NCBI RefSeq assembly: GCF_003991155.1
Contig: NZ_CP031295.1
Source of the DNA: Escherichia coli
GTDB taxonomy: Bacteria; Pseudomonadota; Gammaproteobacteria; Enterobacterales; Enterobacteriaceae
DNA: 64,000 bases
Reading direction: 5' to 3' (one strand)
Shown here: in pieces, positions 28,565 to 39,970 of the stretch
Position numbering within the stretch: position 1 is the first letter of the stretch
Layout: each line of letters opens with the position of its first letter
Made by a program: the position numbers and the translations under genes
Notes under the pieces: generated by a model
Databases searched by the model: none
The model's input: only the letters and a program-made list of their open reading frames with translations
Told to the model about the DNA's origin: nothing

Positions 28565-28650
28565 TGAATTTGAAAATCGCCGATGCAGGGAGTTCTCTCC
28601 TCCCTGCATCGACTGTCCATAGAATCCTTTGTGAGGAGGTTCCTATGTAT
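28565..28650 (-). ncRNA. finP: FinP antisense RNA (complementary to the traJ leader)
   Basis: Stem-loop GATGCAGGGAG...CTCCCTGCATC in the traJ 5' UTR overlapping the traJ RBS; position as in F-like plasmids; boundaries approximate. Confidence 0.5.
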
Positions 28651-29334
28651 CCGATGGATCGTATTCAACAAAAACATGCTCGTCAAATAGATCTGCTGGA
28701 AAATCTGACGGCAGTTATTCAGGATTATCCAAATCCAGCCTGTATCAGGGACGAAACTGGAAAATTTATTTTTTGCAATACGCTGTTTCATGAGTCATTT
28801 CTTACACAAGATCAAAGTGCTGAAAAATGGCTTCTGTCGCAGAGAGATTTTTGTGAATTGATCTCTGTCACAGAGATGGAAGCATACAGGAATGAGCATA
28901 CGCATCTTAATCTTGTAGAGGATGTTTTTATTCAGAACAGATTCTGGACAATATCTGTCCAGTCATTTCTTAATGGACACAGAAATATTATTCTGTGGCA
29001 ATTTTATGATGCTGCTCATGTTCGTCATAAAGACAGTTATAATCAAAAAACGATTGTCAGTGATGATATCAGAAATATAATCAGAAGAATGAGTGATGAT
29101 TCTTCTGTATCATCATATGTAAATGATGTCTTTTACTTATATAGCACCGGAATCAGTCATAATGCTATAGCAAGAATATTAAATATATCCATCTCCACAT
29201 CAAAGAAACACGCATCTCTGATATGCGACTACTTCTCTGTTTCTAATAAAGATGAGTTAATTATCTTACTCTACAATAAAAAGTTTATTTATTATTTATA
29301 CGAGAAGGCTATGTGTATCATAAATACGCGTTAA
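28645..29334 (+). CDS. traJ: TraJ transfer activator
   Basis: MYPMDRIQQKHARQIDLLENLTAVIQDYPNPACIRDETGKF... matches F TraJ; GAGGAGG RBS. Confidence 0.9.
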   Translation: MYPMDRIQQKHARQIDLLENLTAVIQDYPNPACIRDETGKFIFCNTLFHESFLTQDQSAEKWLLSQRDFCELISVTEMEAYRNEHTHLNLVEDVFIQNRFWTISVQSFLNGHRNIILWQFYDAAHVRHKDSYNQKTIVSDDIRNIIRRMSDDSSVSSYVNDVFYLYSTGISHNAIARILNISISTSKKHASLICDYFSVSNKDELIILLYNKKFIYYLYEKAMCIINTR

Positions 29335-29426
29335 TAAGGTGTTAATAAAATATAGACTTTCCGTCTATTTACCTTTTCTGATTATTCTGTAAACATAAGT
29401 GGTAACCAGAAGATAAACAGCGGGAG

Positions 29427-29828
29427 GTGTTATTGAAAAGATTTGGTACACGTTCTGCAACAGGTAAGATGGTAAAACTAAAATTACCTGTAGATGTGGA
29501 AAGTCTATTAATTGAGGCAAGTAACAGAAGCGGAAGAAGTCGATCGTTTGAGGCAGTAATAAGACTTAAAGATCATCTTCACCGCTATCCAAAGTTTAAC
29601 AGGGCAGGGAATATCTATGGTAAGTCGCTGGTTAAGTATCTGACAATGCGTCTGGATGATGAAACTAACCAGCTACTTATTGCAGCCAAAAATCGTAGTG
29701 GATGGTGTAAAACAGATGAGGCTGCAGACAGAGTTATTGATCATTTGATCAAGTTTCCTGATTTTTATAACTCGGAGATATTCAGGGAGGCAGATAAAGA
29801 GGAAGATATAACATTTAATACACTCTAG
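29427..29828 (+). CDS. traY: TraY relaxosome accessory protein (ribbon-helix-helix)
   Basis: KRFGTRSATGKMVKLKLPVDVESLLIEASNRSGRSRSFEAVIRLKDHL; non-ATG start (GTG 29427 or TTG 29433). Confidence 0.9.
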   Translation: MLLKRFGTRSATGKMVKLKLPVDVESLLIEASNRSGRSRSFEAVIRLKDHLHRYPKFNRAGNIYGKSLVKYLTMRLDDETNQLLIAAKNRSGWCKTDEAADRVIDHLIKFPDFYNSEIFREADKEEDITFNTL

Positions 29829-29860
29829 TTTTATTCATTTATCCGAAATTGAGGTAACTT

Positions 29861-30226
29861 ATGAATGCTGTTTTAAGTGTTCAGGGTGCTTCTGCGCCCG
29901 TCAAAAAGAAGTCGTTTTTTTCTAAATTCACTCGTCTGAATATGCTTCGCCTGGCTCGCGCAGTGATCCCGGCTGCTGTTCTGATGATGTTCTTCCCGCA
30001 GCTGGCGATGGCCGCCGGCAGCAGTGGTCAGGACCTGATGGCAAGCGGTAACACCACGGTTAAGGCGACCTTCGGTAAGGACTCCAGTGTTGTTAAATGG
30101 GTTGTTCTGGCTGAAGTTCTGGTCGGTGCTGTCATGTACATGATGACCAAAAACGTCAAGTTCCTGGCCGGTTTTGCCATCATCTCTGTATTTATTGCTG
30201 TGGGTATGGCCGTCGTTGGCCTCTGA
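29861..30226 (+). CDS. traA: TraA propilin (F-pilin)
   Basis: [23 protein letters not shown]...[32 protein letters not shown] is F propilin. Confidence 0.95.
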
Positions 30227-30240
30227 CAGGAAATAAAACG

Positions 30241-30552
30241 ATGTCGGGAGACGAGAATAAACTTAAGAAATATCGTTTCCCGGAAACACTGACCAACCAG
30301 AGCCGCTGGTTTGGCCTGCCACTGGATGAACTGATCCCCGCAGCAATCTGTATTGGCTGGGGTATCACAACATCGAAATATCTGTTCGGTATTGGTGCAG
30401 CGGTTCTGGTTTATTTCGGGATTAAAAAACTGAAAAAAGGGCGGGGCAGTTCCTGGTTACGTGACCTGATTTACTGGTATATGCCAACAGCCCTGCTGCG
30501 CGGTATTTTTCATAATGTTCCCGATTCGTGTTTCCGGCAGTGGATTAAATAG
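30241..30552 (+). CDS. traL: TraL
   Basis: Position and sequence as in the F tra operon. Confidence 0.9.
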
Positions 30553-30573
30553 AACTGATACCAGGATTGTTAT

Positions 30574-31140
30574 ATGGAACACGGTGCCCGTTTAAGTACC
30601 AGTCGTGTAATGGCCATCGCCTTTATATTTATGTCAGTGCTTATTGTTCTCAGCCTCTCTGTTAACGTCATTCAGGGGGTGAATAACTACCGTCTTCAGA
30701 ATGAGCAACGCACTGCCGTGACGCCAATGGCATTTAATGCCCCCTTTGCCGTGTCACAGAACAGTGCCGACGCCTCTTATTTACAGCAGATGGCGCTGTC
30801 ATTTATTGCCCTCCGTCTGAATGTTTCATCAGAAACCGTCGATGCCTCACATCAGGCGCTTCTGCAATATATCCGCCCGGGCGCACAGAACCAGATGAAA
30901 GTTATTCTGGCTGAAGAAGCGAAGCGTATTAAAAACGATAACGTGAACTCAGCCTTTTTCCAGACCAGTGTTCGTGTCTGGCCTCAGTATGGCCGTGTGG
31001 AAATTCGAGGTGTGCTTAAAACCTGGATTGGTGATTCAAAACCTTTCACTGATATCAAACATTACATCCTTATTCTGAAGCGGGAAAACGGGGTGACCTG
31101 GCTGGATAATTTCGGGGAAACAGACGATGAGAAAAAATAA
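30574..31140 (+). CDS. traE: TraE
   Basis: [28 protein letters not shown] matches F TraE. Confidence 0.9.
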   Translation: MEHGARLSTSRVMAIAFIFMSVLIVLSLSVNVIQGVNNYRLQNEQRTAVTPMAFNAPFAVSQNSADASYLQQMALSFIALRLNVSSETVDASHQALLQYIRPGAQNQMKVILAEEAKRIKNDNVNSAFFQTSVRVWPQYGRVEIRGVLKTWIGDSKPFTDIKHYILILKRENGVTWLDNFGETDDEKK

Positions 31141-31855
31141 TACGGCAATAATATTCGGCAGCCTGTTTTTTTCCTGCAGCGTGATGGCCGCAAACGGTAC
31201 GCTGGCCCCCACCGTGGTGCCAATGGTGAACGGTGGTCAGGCCAGTATTGCCATCAGCAATACCAGCCCGAATCTGTTTACCGTTCCCGGTGACCGGATT
31301 ATCGCCGTGAACAGTCTGGATGGTGCCCTGACCAATAATGAGCAGACCGCCTCCGGCGGTGTGGTGGTTGCCACCGTCAACAAAAAGCCCTTTACGTTCA
31401 TTCTGGAAACAGAACGTGGTCTGAATCTTTCCATTCAGGCCGTTCCCCGTGAAGGCGCGGGGCGTACCATTCAGCTGGTCAGTGACCTGCGCGGAACCGG
31501 AGAAGAAGCCGGTGCGTGGGAAACGTCCACGCCTTACGAATCCCTGCTTGTGACCATCAGCCAGGCCGTCCGTGGCGGAAAATTACCCGCAGGCTGGTAT
31601 CAGGTCCCAGTGACAAAGGAAACCCTGCAGGCCCCGGCGGGGCTGTCTTCAGTGGCAGATGCCGTATGGACGGGGAATCACCTGAAGATGGTCCGCTTTG
31701 CCGTGGAAAATAAAACGCTGTCTGCCCTGAATATCCGGGAAAGTGACTTCTGGCAGCCGGGAACCCGTGCCGTGATGTTCAGCCAGCCTGCCAGCCAGTT
31801 ACTGGCAGGTGCGCGCATGGATGTGTATGTCATCCGTGACGGGGAGGGCAACTGA
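31127..31855 (+). CDS. traK: TraK (secretin-like)
   Basis: Position and sequence as in F. Confidence 0.9.
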   Translation: MRKNNTAIIFGSLFFSCSVMAANGTLAPTVVPMVNGGQASIAISNTSPNLFTVPGDRIIAVNSLDGALTNNEQTASGGVVVATVNKKPFTFILETERGLNLSIQAVPREGAGRTIQLVSDLRGTGEEAGAWETSTPYESLLVTISQAVRGGKLPAGWYQVPVTKETLQAPAGLSSVADAVWTGNHLKMVRFAVENKTLSALNIRESDFWQPGTRAVMFSQPASQLLAGARMDVYVIRDGEGN

Positions 31856-33282
31856 TGGCCAGTATCAATACCATTGTGAAACGCAAGCAGTACCTGTGGC
31901 TGGGGATTGTGGTTGTCGGTACAGCCTCCGCGATTGGTGGGGCACTGTATCTGTCTGATGTGGACATGTCCGGTAACGGTGAAACCGTGGCTGAACAGGA
32001 GCCTGTGCCGGATATGACCGGTGTGGTGGATACGACCTTTGATGACAAGGTGCGTCAGCATGCCACCACCGAGATGCAGGTGACGGCAGCGCAGATGCAG
32101 AAGCAGTATGAGGAAATCCGTCGTGAGCTGGATGTTCTGAACAAACAGCGCGGTGATGACCAGCGTCGTATTGAAAAGTTGGGACAGGACAATGCCGCCC
32201 TGGCAGAGCAGGTAAAAGCCCTGGGTGCTAATCCCGTCACGGCGACCGGTGAGCCTGTACCGCAGATGCCTGCCTCACCGCCCGGCCCGGAAGGCGAACC
32301 ACAGCCAGGAAACACCCCCGTATCCTTCCCGCCGCAGGGCAGCGTTGCTGTTCCACCGCCGACGGCGTTTTATCCCGGGAATGGTGTCACGCCACCACCA
32401 CAGGTGACGTACCAGTCTGTGCCGGTGCCTAACCGGATACAGCGTAAGGTGTTTACCCGTAATGAGGGAAAACAGGGACCATCACTGCCGTACATTCCGT
32501 CAGGAAGTTTTGCGAAAGCCATGCTGATTGAAGGGGCGGATGCCAATGCCTCTGTCACCGGTAATGAATCCACGGTGCCGATGCAGCTGCGTATCACCGG
32601 CCTGGTGGAAATGCCGAACAGCAAGACGTATGACGCAACGGGATGTTTTGTTGGTCTGGAAGCCTGGGGGGATGTGTCCAGTGAGCGTGCCATTGTACGT
32701 ACCCGCAATATCAGCTGCCTGAAGGACGGCAAAACTATTGATATGCCGATTAAGGGGCATGTCAGCTTCCGGGGTAAAAACGGTATCAAGGGCGAAGTGG
32801 TGATGCGTAACGGCAAAATCCTCGGCTGGGCATGGGGCGCGGGATTTGTTGACGGTATCGGTCAGGGAATGGAGCGCGCCTCCCAGCCGGCTGTCGGGCT
32901 GGGTGCCACTGCTGCTTACGGGGCCGGCGATGTCCTTAAAATGGGTATCGGTGGCGGCGCATCGAAAGCCGCACAGACGCTCAGTGACTACTACATCAAA
33001 CGTGCCGAACAGTATCACCCGGTGATACCGATTGGTGCGGGCAACGAAGTGACCGTGGTGTTCCAGGACGGCTTCCAGCTGAAAACCGTGGAAGAGATGG
33101 CGCTGGAACGCACGCAGAGCAGAGCGGAAGAAGACAATCCGGAAAGTCCGGTTCCTGTTCCGCCATCAGCTGAAAGTCATCTTAACGGCTTTAATACTGA
33201 CCAGATGCTGAAGCAGCTGGGCAACCTGAATCCGCAGCAGTTTATGTCCGGCAGTCAGGGAGGGGGCAATGATGGCAAATAA
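31855..33282 (+). CDS. traB: TraB (VirB10-like)
   Basis: 475 aa with Pro-rich region; F order. Confidence 0.9.
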   Translation: MASINTIVKRKQYLWLGIVVVGTASAIGGALYLSDVDMSGNGETVAEQEPVPDMTGVVDTTFDDKVRQHATTEMQVTAAQMQKQYEEIRRELDVLNKQRGDDQRRIEKLGQDNAALAEQVKALGANPVTATGEPVPQMPASPPGPEGEPQPGNTPVSFPPQGSVAVPPPTAFYPGNGVTPPPQVTYQSVPVPNRIQRKVFTRNEGKQGPSLPYIPSGSFAKAMLIEGADANASVTGNESTVPMQLRITGLVEMPNSKTYDATGCFVGLEAWGDVSSERAIVRTRNISCLKDGKTIDMPIKGHVSFRGKNGIKGEVVMRNGKILGWAWGAGFVDGIGQGMERASQPAVGLGATAAYGAGDVLKMGIGGGASKAAQTLSDYYIKRAEQYHPVIPIGAGNEVTVVFQDGFQLKTVEEMALERTQSRAEEDNPESPVPVPPSAESHLNGFNTDQMLKQLGNLNPQQFMSGSQGGGNDGK

Positions 33283-33862
33283 TACGTCGTCCCGTCAGGC
33301 GGGCCATGCCGCCCGGTATGTTGTCGCCCGGGTTCTGCGAGGACTGTTCTGGTGTCTGAAGTACACCGTCATTCTGCCACTGGCCACAATGGCCCTGATG
33401 GCTCTGTTTGTTTTATGGAAGGACAACACCACGCCGGGGAAATTACTGGTTAAGGAGATTAACTTCGTAAGACAAACAGCACCTGCCGGACAGTTCCCGG
33501 TCAGTGAATGCTGGTTTTCTTCCTCTGATTCTTCAGGCAGATCAGAAATACAGGATATCTGCCATTACCGCGCGGCTGATGCTGCAGATTATGTCAGGGA
33601 GACTGACCGGTCACTGATGCAACTGGTCACCGCATTATGGGCAACACTGGCACTGATGTATGTCTCGCTGGCAGCGATCACCGGGAAATATCCGGTGCGA
33701 CCCGGAAAAATGAAATGTATCCGGGTGGTAACCGCAGATGAACATCTGAAGGAAGTTTATACGGAAGACGCTTCCCTGCCGGGAAAAATCAGGAAATGCC
33801 CTGTTTATCTTCCTGATGACAGAACAAACAGAAACAACGGAGATAAAAATGAACATGCGTAA
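33269..33862 (+). CDS. traP: TraP
   Basis: 197 aa membrane protein in F order. Confidence 0.85.
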   Translation: MMANNTSSRQAGHAARYVVARVLRGLFWCLKYTVILPLATMALMALFVLWKDNTTPGKLLVKEINFVRQTAPAGQFPVSECWFSSSDSSGRSEIQDICHYRAADAADYVRETDRSLMQLVTALWATLALMYVSLAAITGKYPVRPGKMKCIRVVTADEHLKEVYTEDASLPGKIRKCPVYLPDDRTNRNNGDKNEHA

Positions 33863-34046
33863 TATTAATGTTATTACAGCCCTCTCTGTGCCGGGTAAAA
33901 CCGTGTCAGATGATTTTATGCATGCTGTTCTCAGTAACTGCGCCACAAGAATCGTACTTCCTGCACCGGAGAAATTCGGTTCTGAGTCATTGCCGGACAA
34001 TTTTAATATGACTGCTGTCGGTGTGATGAAGAATTCAGAAATATAA
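33849..34046 (+). CDS. trbD: TrbD
   Basis: 65 aa MNMRNINVITALSVPGKTVSDDF...; F order. Confidence 0.8.
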   Translation: MNMRNINVITALSVPGKTVSDDFMHAVLSNCATRIVLPAPEKFGSESLPDNFNMTAVGVMKNSEI

Positions 34047-34057
34047 GGAACCCTTCG

Positions 34058-34309
34058 ATGAATAAGCTGGTTTCTGATGGCAGCGTCAAAAAAATAAATT
34101 ATCCGGTGCTGTATGAGTCCGGAATAACACCTCCGTTATGTGAAGTCAGTGCACCAGAACCTGATGCGGGTGGGAAACGCATTGTGGCATATGTTTATAA
34201 ATCATCACGGAGTACGGTTTTTGAAAATCCTGACATTGTAAAAACCTGTACGGTCAGGGATTTGAAGAAGGATTTTGTGAACTGCGATGAGAAAGGTGAG
34301 GGACAATGA
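34058..34309 (+). CDS. trbG: TrbG
   Basis: 83 aa; F order. Confidence 0.8.
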   Translation: MNKLVSDGSVKKINYPVLYESGITPPLCEVSAPEPDAGGKRIVAYVYKSSRSTVFENPDIVKTCTVRDLKKDFVNCDEKGEGQ

Positions 34310-34821
34310 AACAGATTTCTTTCTTTATTCCTCTGCTGGGGACCTTATTACTTTCCGGCTGTGCCGGAACCAGTACGGAATTTGAGTGTAACGCCACCAC
34401 ATCCGATACCTGTATGACGATGGAGCAGGCCAATGAGAAGGCCAAAAAACTGGAGCAGTCCTCAGAAGCAAAGCCGGTTGCGGCATCACTGCCGCGCCTG
34501 GCTGAAGGGAACTTCCGGACAATGCCGGTGCAGACCGTCACCGCGACCACTCCGTCCGGCAGCAGACCTGCGGTGACAGCACATCCGGAGCAGAAACTGC
34601 TGGCACCTCGCCCGCTGTTTACCGCTGCCCGGGAAGTGAAAACGGTTGTTCCGGTCAGTTCAGTTACGCCGGTAACACCTCCTCGTCCGCTAAGAACGGG
34701 TGAGCAGACGGCAGCATTATGGATAGCGCCTTATATTGATAACCAGGATGTTTATCATCAGCCATCCAGCGTGTTTTTTGTTATTAAACCGTCTGCGTGG
34801 GGAAAACCACGTATTAATTAA
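34306..34821 (+). CDS. traV: TraV lipoprotein
   Basis: Lipobox LLSGCAG; F order. Confidence 0.9.
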   Translation: MKQISFFIPLLGTLLLSGCAGTSTEFECNATTSDTCMTMEQANEKAKKLEQSSEAKPVAASLPRLAEGNFRTMPVQTVTATTPSGSRPAVTAHPEQKLLAPRPLFTAAREVKTVVPVSSVTPVTPPRPLRTGEQTAALWIAPYIDNQDVYHQPSSVFFVIKPSAWGKPRIN

Positions 34822-34955
34822 CTGGCCCTGAAGTTGTATATCAGCCGGCAATGCCGGCGGGCTTTCTGTATTCAAAATCTGCCTGTAAAACGAGTGCCCT
34901 GTGCGTGAAAAGGGATGGGCGGTAGCGTGTCAGAACATGTCGGGAGGAATATTCC

Positions 34956-35177
34956 GTGAGTGATGAAGCCGATGAAGCATATTCAGTGACAGAACAACTG
35001 ACCATGACAGGAATAAACCGGATACGCCAGAAAATAAATGCTCATGGTATTCCTGTTTATCTCTGTGAAGCATGCGGAAATCCTATTCCGGAAGCCCGGC
35101 GGAAAATATTTCCCGGTGTGACGTTGTGCGTTGAATGTCAGGCGTATCAGGAAAGACAGAGAAAACATTATGCATAA
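34956..35177 (+). CDS. traR: TraR (DksA-like zinc finger)
   Basis: C4 motif CEACGNPIPEARRKIFPGVTLCVECQ. Confidence 0.9.
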   Translation: MSDEADEAYSVTEQLTMTGINRIRQKINAHGIPVYLCEACGNPIPEARRKIFPGVTLCVECQAYQERQRKHYA

Positions 35178-35336
35178 GTCAGTCGCAGAACATAGTGATT
35201 TAATTCCGGATGAACATGAGTGGATATTCAGAAAACAGAAATCTTTGTATATGCGCCGGGAAATGGCGCGTTAATTACAGGTATTCCCTTCATGGCTACC
35301 GCATTTCTCGCTTTATTTTTCAACTAAGGAATTCAT

Positions 35337-37964
35337 GTGAATAACCCACTTGAGGCCGTCACTCAGGCGGTTAACTCCCTCGTCACAGCACTGAAACTGC
35401 CTGACGAATCCGCAAAGGCCAATGAAGTTCTGGGCGAAATGAGCTTCCCGCAGTTCAGCCGTCTGCTGCCGTACCGTGATTACAACCAGGAATCCGGTCT
35501 GTTCATGAATGACACCACGATGGGCTTTATGCTGGAAGCCATCCCCATCAATGGGGCGAATGAGTCCATTGTGGAGGCCCTCGATCACATGCTGCGCACC
35601 AAACTGCCGCGCGGTATTCCGTTGTGTATCCATCTGATGTCCAGTCAGCTGGTTGGTGACAGGATTGAATACGGGCTGCGTGAGTTCTCCTGGTCAGGTG
35701 AACAGGCTGAACGGTTTAACGCCATTACCCGGGCCTATTATATGAAAGCGGCAGCGACACAGTTTCCGCTGCCGGAGGGGATGAATCTGCCCCTGACCCT
35801 GCGCCATTACCGGGTGTTTATCTCGTACTGTTCTCCTTCGAAGAAAAAAAGCCGGGCCGACATTCTGGAAATGGAAAACCTGGTGAAAATCATCCGGGCG
35901 TCGTTACAGGGGGCCAGTATCACCACACAGACGGTGGATGCACAGGCCTTTATCGATATTGTCGGGGAGATGATTAACCATAACCCGGACTCCCTGTATC
36001 CGAAAAGACGTCAGCTGGACCCGTATTCTGATCTGAATTATCAGTGTGTGGAGGACAGTTTTGATCTGAAAGTCCGGGCTGATTACCTGACGCTGGGCCT
36101 GCGTGAGAACGGCAGGAACAGCACGGCCCGCATCCTGAATTTCCATCTGGCCCGTAACCCGGAAATCGCCTTCCTGTGGAACATGGCCGACAACTACAGC
36201 AACCTGCTGAACCCGGAACTGTCCATCTCCTGTCCGTTCATCCTGACGCTGACTCTGGTGGTGGAAGACCAGGTGAAAACCCACAGCGAAGCCAACCTGA
36301 AGTACATGGACCTGGAGAAAAAGTCGAAGACCTCCTATGCCAAATGGTTTCCGTCCGTGGAGAAAGAGGCGAAGGAGTGGGGGGAACTGCGTCAGCGGCT
36401 GGGCTCCGGTCAGTCCTCTGTCGTGTCCTACTTCCTCAACATCACAGCATTCTGCAAGGACAATAATGAAACGGCGCTGGAAGTGGAGCAGGACATCCTG
36501 AACAGCTTCCGTAAAAACGGTTTTGAGCTGATTTCACCGCGCTTTAACCACATGCGCAATTTCCTGACCTGCCTGCCCTTTATGGCCGGGAAAGGGCTGT
36601 TTAAACAGTTGAAAGAGGCCGGAGTGGTTCAGCGCGCAGAGAGCTTTAATGTTGCCAACCTGATGCCGTTAGTGGCGGATAACCCCCTGACACCGGCAGG
36701 TCTGCTGGCACCCACCTACCGTAACCAGCTGGCGTTTATCGATATTTTCTTCCGGGGGATGAATAACACCAACTACAACATGGCGGTCTGTGGCACCTCC
36801 GGGGCCGGTAAAACCGGGCTGATACAGCCACTTATCCGCAGCGTGCTGGACTCCGGAGGCTTTGCCGTGGTGTTTGACATGGGGGATGGATACAAGTCCC
36901 TGTGTGAGAACATGGGCGGGGTGTATCTGGACGGTGAAACCCTGCGTTTTAACCCGTTTGCGAACATCACCGATATTGACCAGTCAGCGGAGCGTGTCCG
37001 TGACCAGTTGTCGGTGATGGCCAGCCCCAACGGTAACCTGGATGAAGTGCATGAAGGTCTGCTGCTGCAGGCGGTCAGGGCCTCCTGGCTGGCTAAAAAG
37101 AACAGGGCGCGCATCGATGATGTGGTGGATTTCCTGAAAAACGCCCGTGATAACGACCAGTATGTCGAGTCACCGACCATCCGCAGCCGTCTGGATGAAA
37201 TGATTGTCCTGCTGGATCAATATACCGCCGGCGGCACTTACGGCCGGTATTTTAACTCTGATGAGCCGTCCCTGCGGGATGATGCGAAAATGGTGGTGCT
37301 GGAGCTGGGCGGACTGGAAGACCGTCCGTCACTGCTGGTTGCGGTGATGTTCAGCCTCATTATTTACATCGAGAACAGGATGTACCGCACGCCGCGTAAC
37401 CTCAAAAAACTGAACGTCATTGATGAGGGATGGCGTCTGCTGGACTTCAAAAATCACAAGGTCGGTGAGTTTATTGAGAAAGGTTACCGTACCGCCCGCC
37501 GTCATACCGGTGCCTATATCACCATCACACAGAACATCGTCGACTTTGACTCTGACAAGGCCTCCAGTGCTGCCCGCGCGGCATGGGGTAACTCCTCCTA
37601 CAAAATTATCCTCAAACAGAGTGCGAAGGAGTTCGCGAAATACAACCAGCTGTATCCGGACCAGTTCCTGCCACTGCAGCGTGACATGATTGGTAAGTTC
37701 GGTGCGGCCAAAGATCAGTGGTTCAGTTCCTTCCTGCTGCAGGTGGAAAACCATTCCTCCTGGCACCGTCTGTTTGTGGACCCGTTAAGCCGCGCCATGT
37801 ACAGCTCTGACGGCCCGGATTTTGAGTTTGTGCAGCAGAAGCGTAAAGAGGGGCTGAGTATTCATGAGGCGGTATGGCAGCTGGCGTGGAAGAAGTCAGG
37901 GCCGGAGATGGCTTCGCTGGAAGCCTGGCTGGAAGAACATGAGAAATACAGGAGTGTGGCATGA
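35337..37964 (+). CDS. traC: TraC (VirB4-like ATPase)
   Basis: 875 aa; Walker A GTSGAGKTG. Confidence 0.95.
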   Translation: MNNPLEAVTQAVNSLVTALKLPDESAKANEVLGEMSFPQFSRLLPYRDYNQESGLFMNDTTMGFMLEAIPINGANESIVEALDHMLRTKLPRGIPLCIHLMSSQLVGDRIEYGLREFSWSGEQAERFNAITRAYYMKAAATQFPLPEGMNLPLTLRHYRVFISYCSPSKKKSRADILEMENLVKIIRASLQGASITTQTVDAQAFIDIVGEMINHNPDSLYPKRRQLDPYSDLNYQCVEDSFDLKVRADYLTLGLRENGRNSTARILNFHLARNPEIAFLWNMADNYSNLLNPELSISCPFILTLTLVVEDQVKTHSEANLKYMDLEKKSKTSYAKWFPSVEKEAKEWGELRQRLGSGQSSVVSYFLNITAFCKDNNETALEVEQDILNSFRKNGFELISPRFNHMRNFLTCLPFMAGKGLFKQLKEAGVVQRAESFNVANLMPLVADNPLTPAGLLAPTYRNQLAFIDIFFRGMNNTNYNMAVCGTSGAGKTGLIQPLIRSVLDSGGFAVVFDMGDGYKSLCENMGGVYLDGETLRFNPFANITDIDQSAERVRDQLSVMASPNGNLDEVHEGLLLQAVRASWLAKKNRARIDDVVDFLKNARDNDQYVESPTIRSRLDEMIVLLDQYTAGGTYGRYFNSDEPSLRDDAKMVVLELGGLEDRPSLLVAVMFSLIIYIENRMYRTPRNLKKLNVIDEGWRLLDFKNHKVGEFIEKGYRTARRHTGAYITITQNIVDFDSDKASSAARAAWGNSSYKIILKQSAKEFAKYNQLYPDQFLPLQRDMIGKFGAAKDQWFSSFLLQVENHSSWHRLFVDPLSRAMYSSDGPDFEFVQQKRKEGLSIHEAVWQLAWKKSGPEMASLEAWLEEHEKYRSVA

Positions 37965-38347
37965 GTTCAACGCAGAAACCCGCCGACGTCACGGCAGAAC
38001 AACGCATCCACTGGTGGTGGATGGTGCCGGGATGCCTGGCAATGGTGTTACTGAACGCAGCCGTCAGTTACGGCATTGTCAGACTGAACGCACCGGTGAC
38101 TGTCGCCTTCAACATGAAACAGACCGTGGATGCGTTTTTTGACAGCGCCAGTCAGAAACAACTGTCAGAAGCACAGTCAAAAGCCCTTTCAGCGCGTTTT
38201 AACACGGCACTGGAAGCCAGCCTGCAGGCGTGGCAGCAGAAACACCACGCGGTCATTCTGGTGTCGCCTGCTGTGGTACAGGGGGCACCGGATATCACCC
38301 GGGAAATCCAGCAGGATATTGCCCGGCGAATGAGGGCGGAACCATGA
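37961..38347 (+). CDS. trbI: TrbI
   Basis: 128 aa; F order. Confidence 0.85.
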   Translation: MSSTQKPADVTAEQRIHWWWMVPGCLAMVLLNAAVSYGIVRLNAPVTVAFNMKQTVDAFFDSASQKQLSEAQSKALSARFNTALEASLQAWQQKHHAVILVSPAVVQGAPDITREIQQDIARRMRAEP

Positions 38348-38976
38348 GATGCCGGGGGCTGATTGCCCTGCTGATATGGGGGCAGAGTGTGGCCGCCGCC
38401 GATCTTGGTACCTGGGGCGATCTGTGGCCGGTAAAGGAGCCGGACATGCTGACGGTGATCATGCAGCGCCTGACGGCACTGGAGCAGTCCGGTGAGATGG
38501 GCCGGAAAATGGATGCCTTTAAGGAGCGGGTGATCCGCAACAGTCTGCGGCCCCCTGCCGTGCCCGGTATCGGACGCACGGAGAAATACGGCAGCCGGTT
38601 GTTTGACCCGTCCGTCAGACTGGCTGCGGATATCCGGGATAACGAAGGGCGGGTGTTTGCCCGTCAGGGTGAAGTGATGAATCCGCTGCAGTATGTTCCT
38701 TTTAACCAGACGCTGTATTTCATCAATGGCGATGATCCGGCGCAGGTGGCCTGGATGAAACGCCAGACGCCGCCCACACTGGAGAGCAAAATTATCCTCG
38801 TGCAGGGCAGTATCCCGGAGATGCAGAAAGCGCTGGACAGCCGTATTTACTTTGACCAGAACGGTGTGCTCTGCCAGCGCCTCGGCATTGATCAGGTCCC
38901 GGCACGGGTGAGCGCCGTTCCCGGCGATCGCTTCCTGAAGGTGGAATTTATTCCGGCAGAGGAGGGCAGAAAATGA
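38344..38976 (+). CDS. traW: TraW
   Basis: Signal peptide MRCRGLIALLIWGQSVAA; F order. Confidence 0.9.
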   Translation: MRCRGLIALLIWGQSVAAADLGTWGDLWPVKEPDMLTVIMQRLTALEQSGEMGRKMDAFKERVIRNSLRPPAVPGIGRTEKYGSRLFDPSVRLAADIRDNEGRVFARQGEVMNPLQYVPFNQTLYFINGDDPAQVAWMKRQTPPTLESKIILVQGSIPEMQKALDSRIYFDQNGVLCQRLGIDQVPARVSAVPGDRFLKVEFIPAEEGRK

Positions 38977-39965
38977 AGCGAGGCCTGTGGCTGCTGATGT
39001 TCTTCCTTCTCGCCGGTCATGTCCCTGCGGCGTCTGCGGATTCTGCCTGTGAGGGGCGTTTTGTAAACCCGATCACGGATATCTGCTGGAGCTGTATTTT
39101 CCCGCTCTCGCTGGGCAGTATCAAAGTCAGTCAGGGTAAGGTCCCCGACACGGCGAACCCGTCGATGCCCATTCAGATTTGTCCGGCACCGCCGCCGCTG
39201 TTCAGGCGTATCGGGCTGGCCATTGGTTACTGGGAGCCGATGGCGCTGACGGACGTCACCCGGTCACCGGGATGCATGGTTAACCTGGGCTTCAGCCTGC
39301 CGGCTTTTGGTAAAACGGCACAGGGAACGGCGAAAAAGGATGAGAAGCAGGTGAACGGGGCGTTCTATCACGTTCACTGGTACAAATACCCGCTGACGTA
39401 CTGGCTGAACATCATCACATCGCTGGGCTGTCTGGAAGGTGGTGACCTGGATATCGCTTATCTTTCTGAAATTGACCCCACCTGGACGGACAGCAGCCTG
39501 ACCACCATTCTCAATCCGGAAGCTGTCATCTTTGCCAATCCGATAGCACAGGGGGCCTGTGCAGCAGATGCCATTGCCAGCGCCTTTAATATGCCTCTCG
39601 ATGTTCTGTTCTGGTGTGCCGGTTCGCAGGGCAGTATGTACCCGTTCAATGGCTGGGTGAGTAATGAGTCCAGTCCGTTGCAGTCCTCCCTGCTGGTCAG
39701 TGAACGCATGGCGTTCAAGCTGCACCGTCAGGGCATGATTATGGAAACCATCGGGAAAAATAACGCCGTCTGTAATGAATATCCGTCCCCAATCCTGCCC
39801 AAAGAACGCTGGCGTTACCAGATGGTGAATATGTATCCGGACAGCGGGCAGTGCCACCCGTTCGGGCGCAGCGTGACCCGCTGGGAAACCGGGAAAAATC
39901 CGCCCAACACAAAGAAAAACTTCGGCTACCTGATGTGGCGTAAACGTAACTGTGTCTTCCTGTGA
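38973..39965 (+). CDS. traU: TraU
   Basis: 330 aa; F order. Confidence 0.9.
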   Translation: MKRGLWLLMFFLLAGHVPAASADSACEGRFVNPITDICWSCIFPLSLGSIKVSQGKVPDTANPSMPIQICPAPPPLFRRIGLAIGYWEPMALTDVTRSPGCMVNLGFSLPAFGKTAQGTAKKDEKQVNGAFYHVHWYKYPLTYWLNIITSLGCLEGGDLDIAYLSEIDPTWTDSSLTTILNPEAVIFANPIAQGACAADAIASAFNMPLDVLFWCAGSQGSMYPFNGWVSNESSPLQSSLLVSERMAFKLHRQGMIMETIGKNNAVCNEYPSPILPKERWRYQMVNMYPDSGQCHPFGRSVTRWETGKNPPNTKKNFGYLMWRKRNCVFL

Positions 39966-39970
39966 GGTGA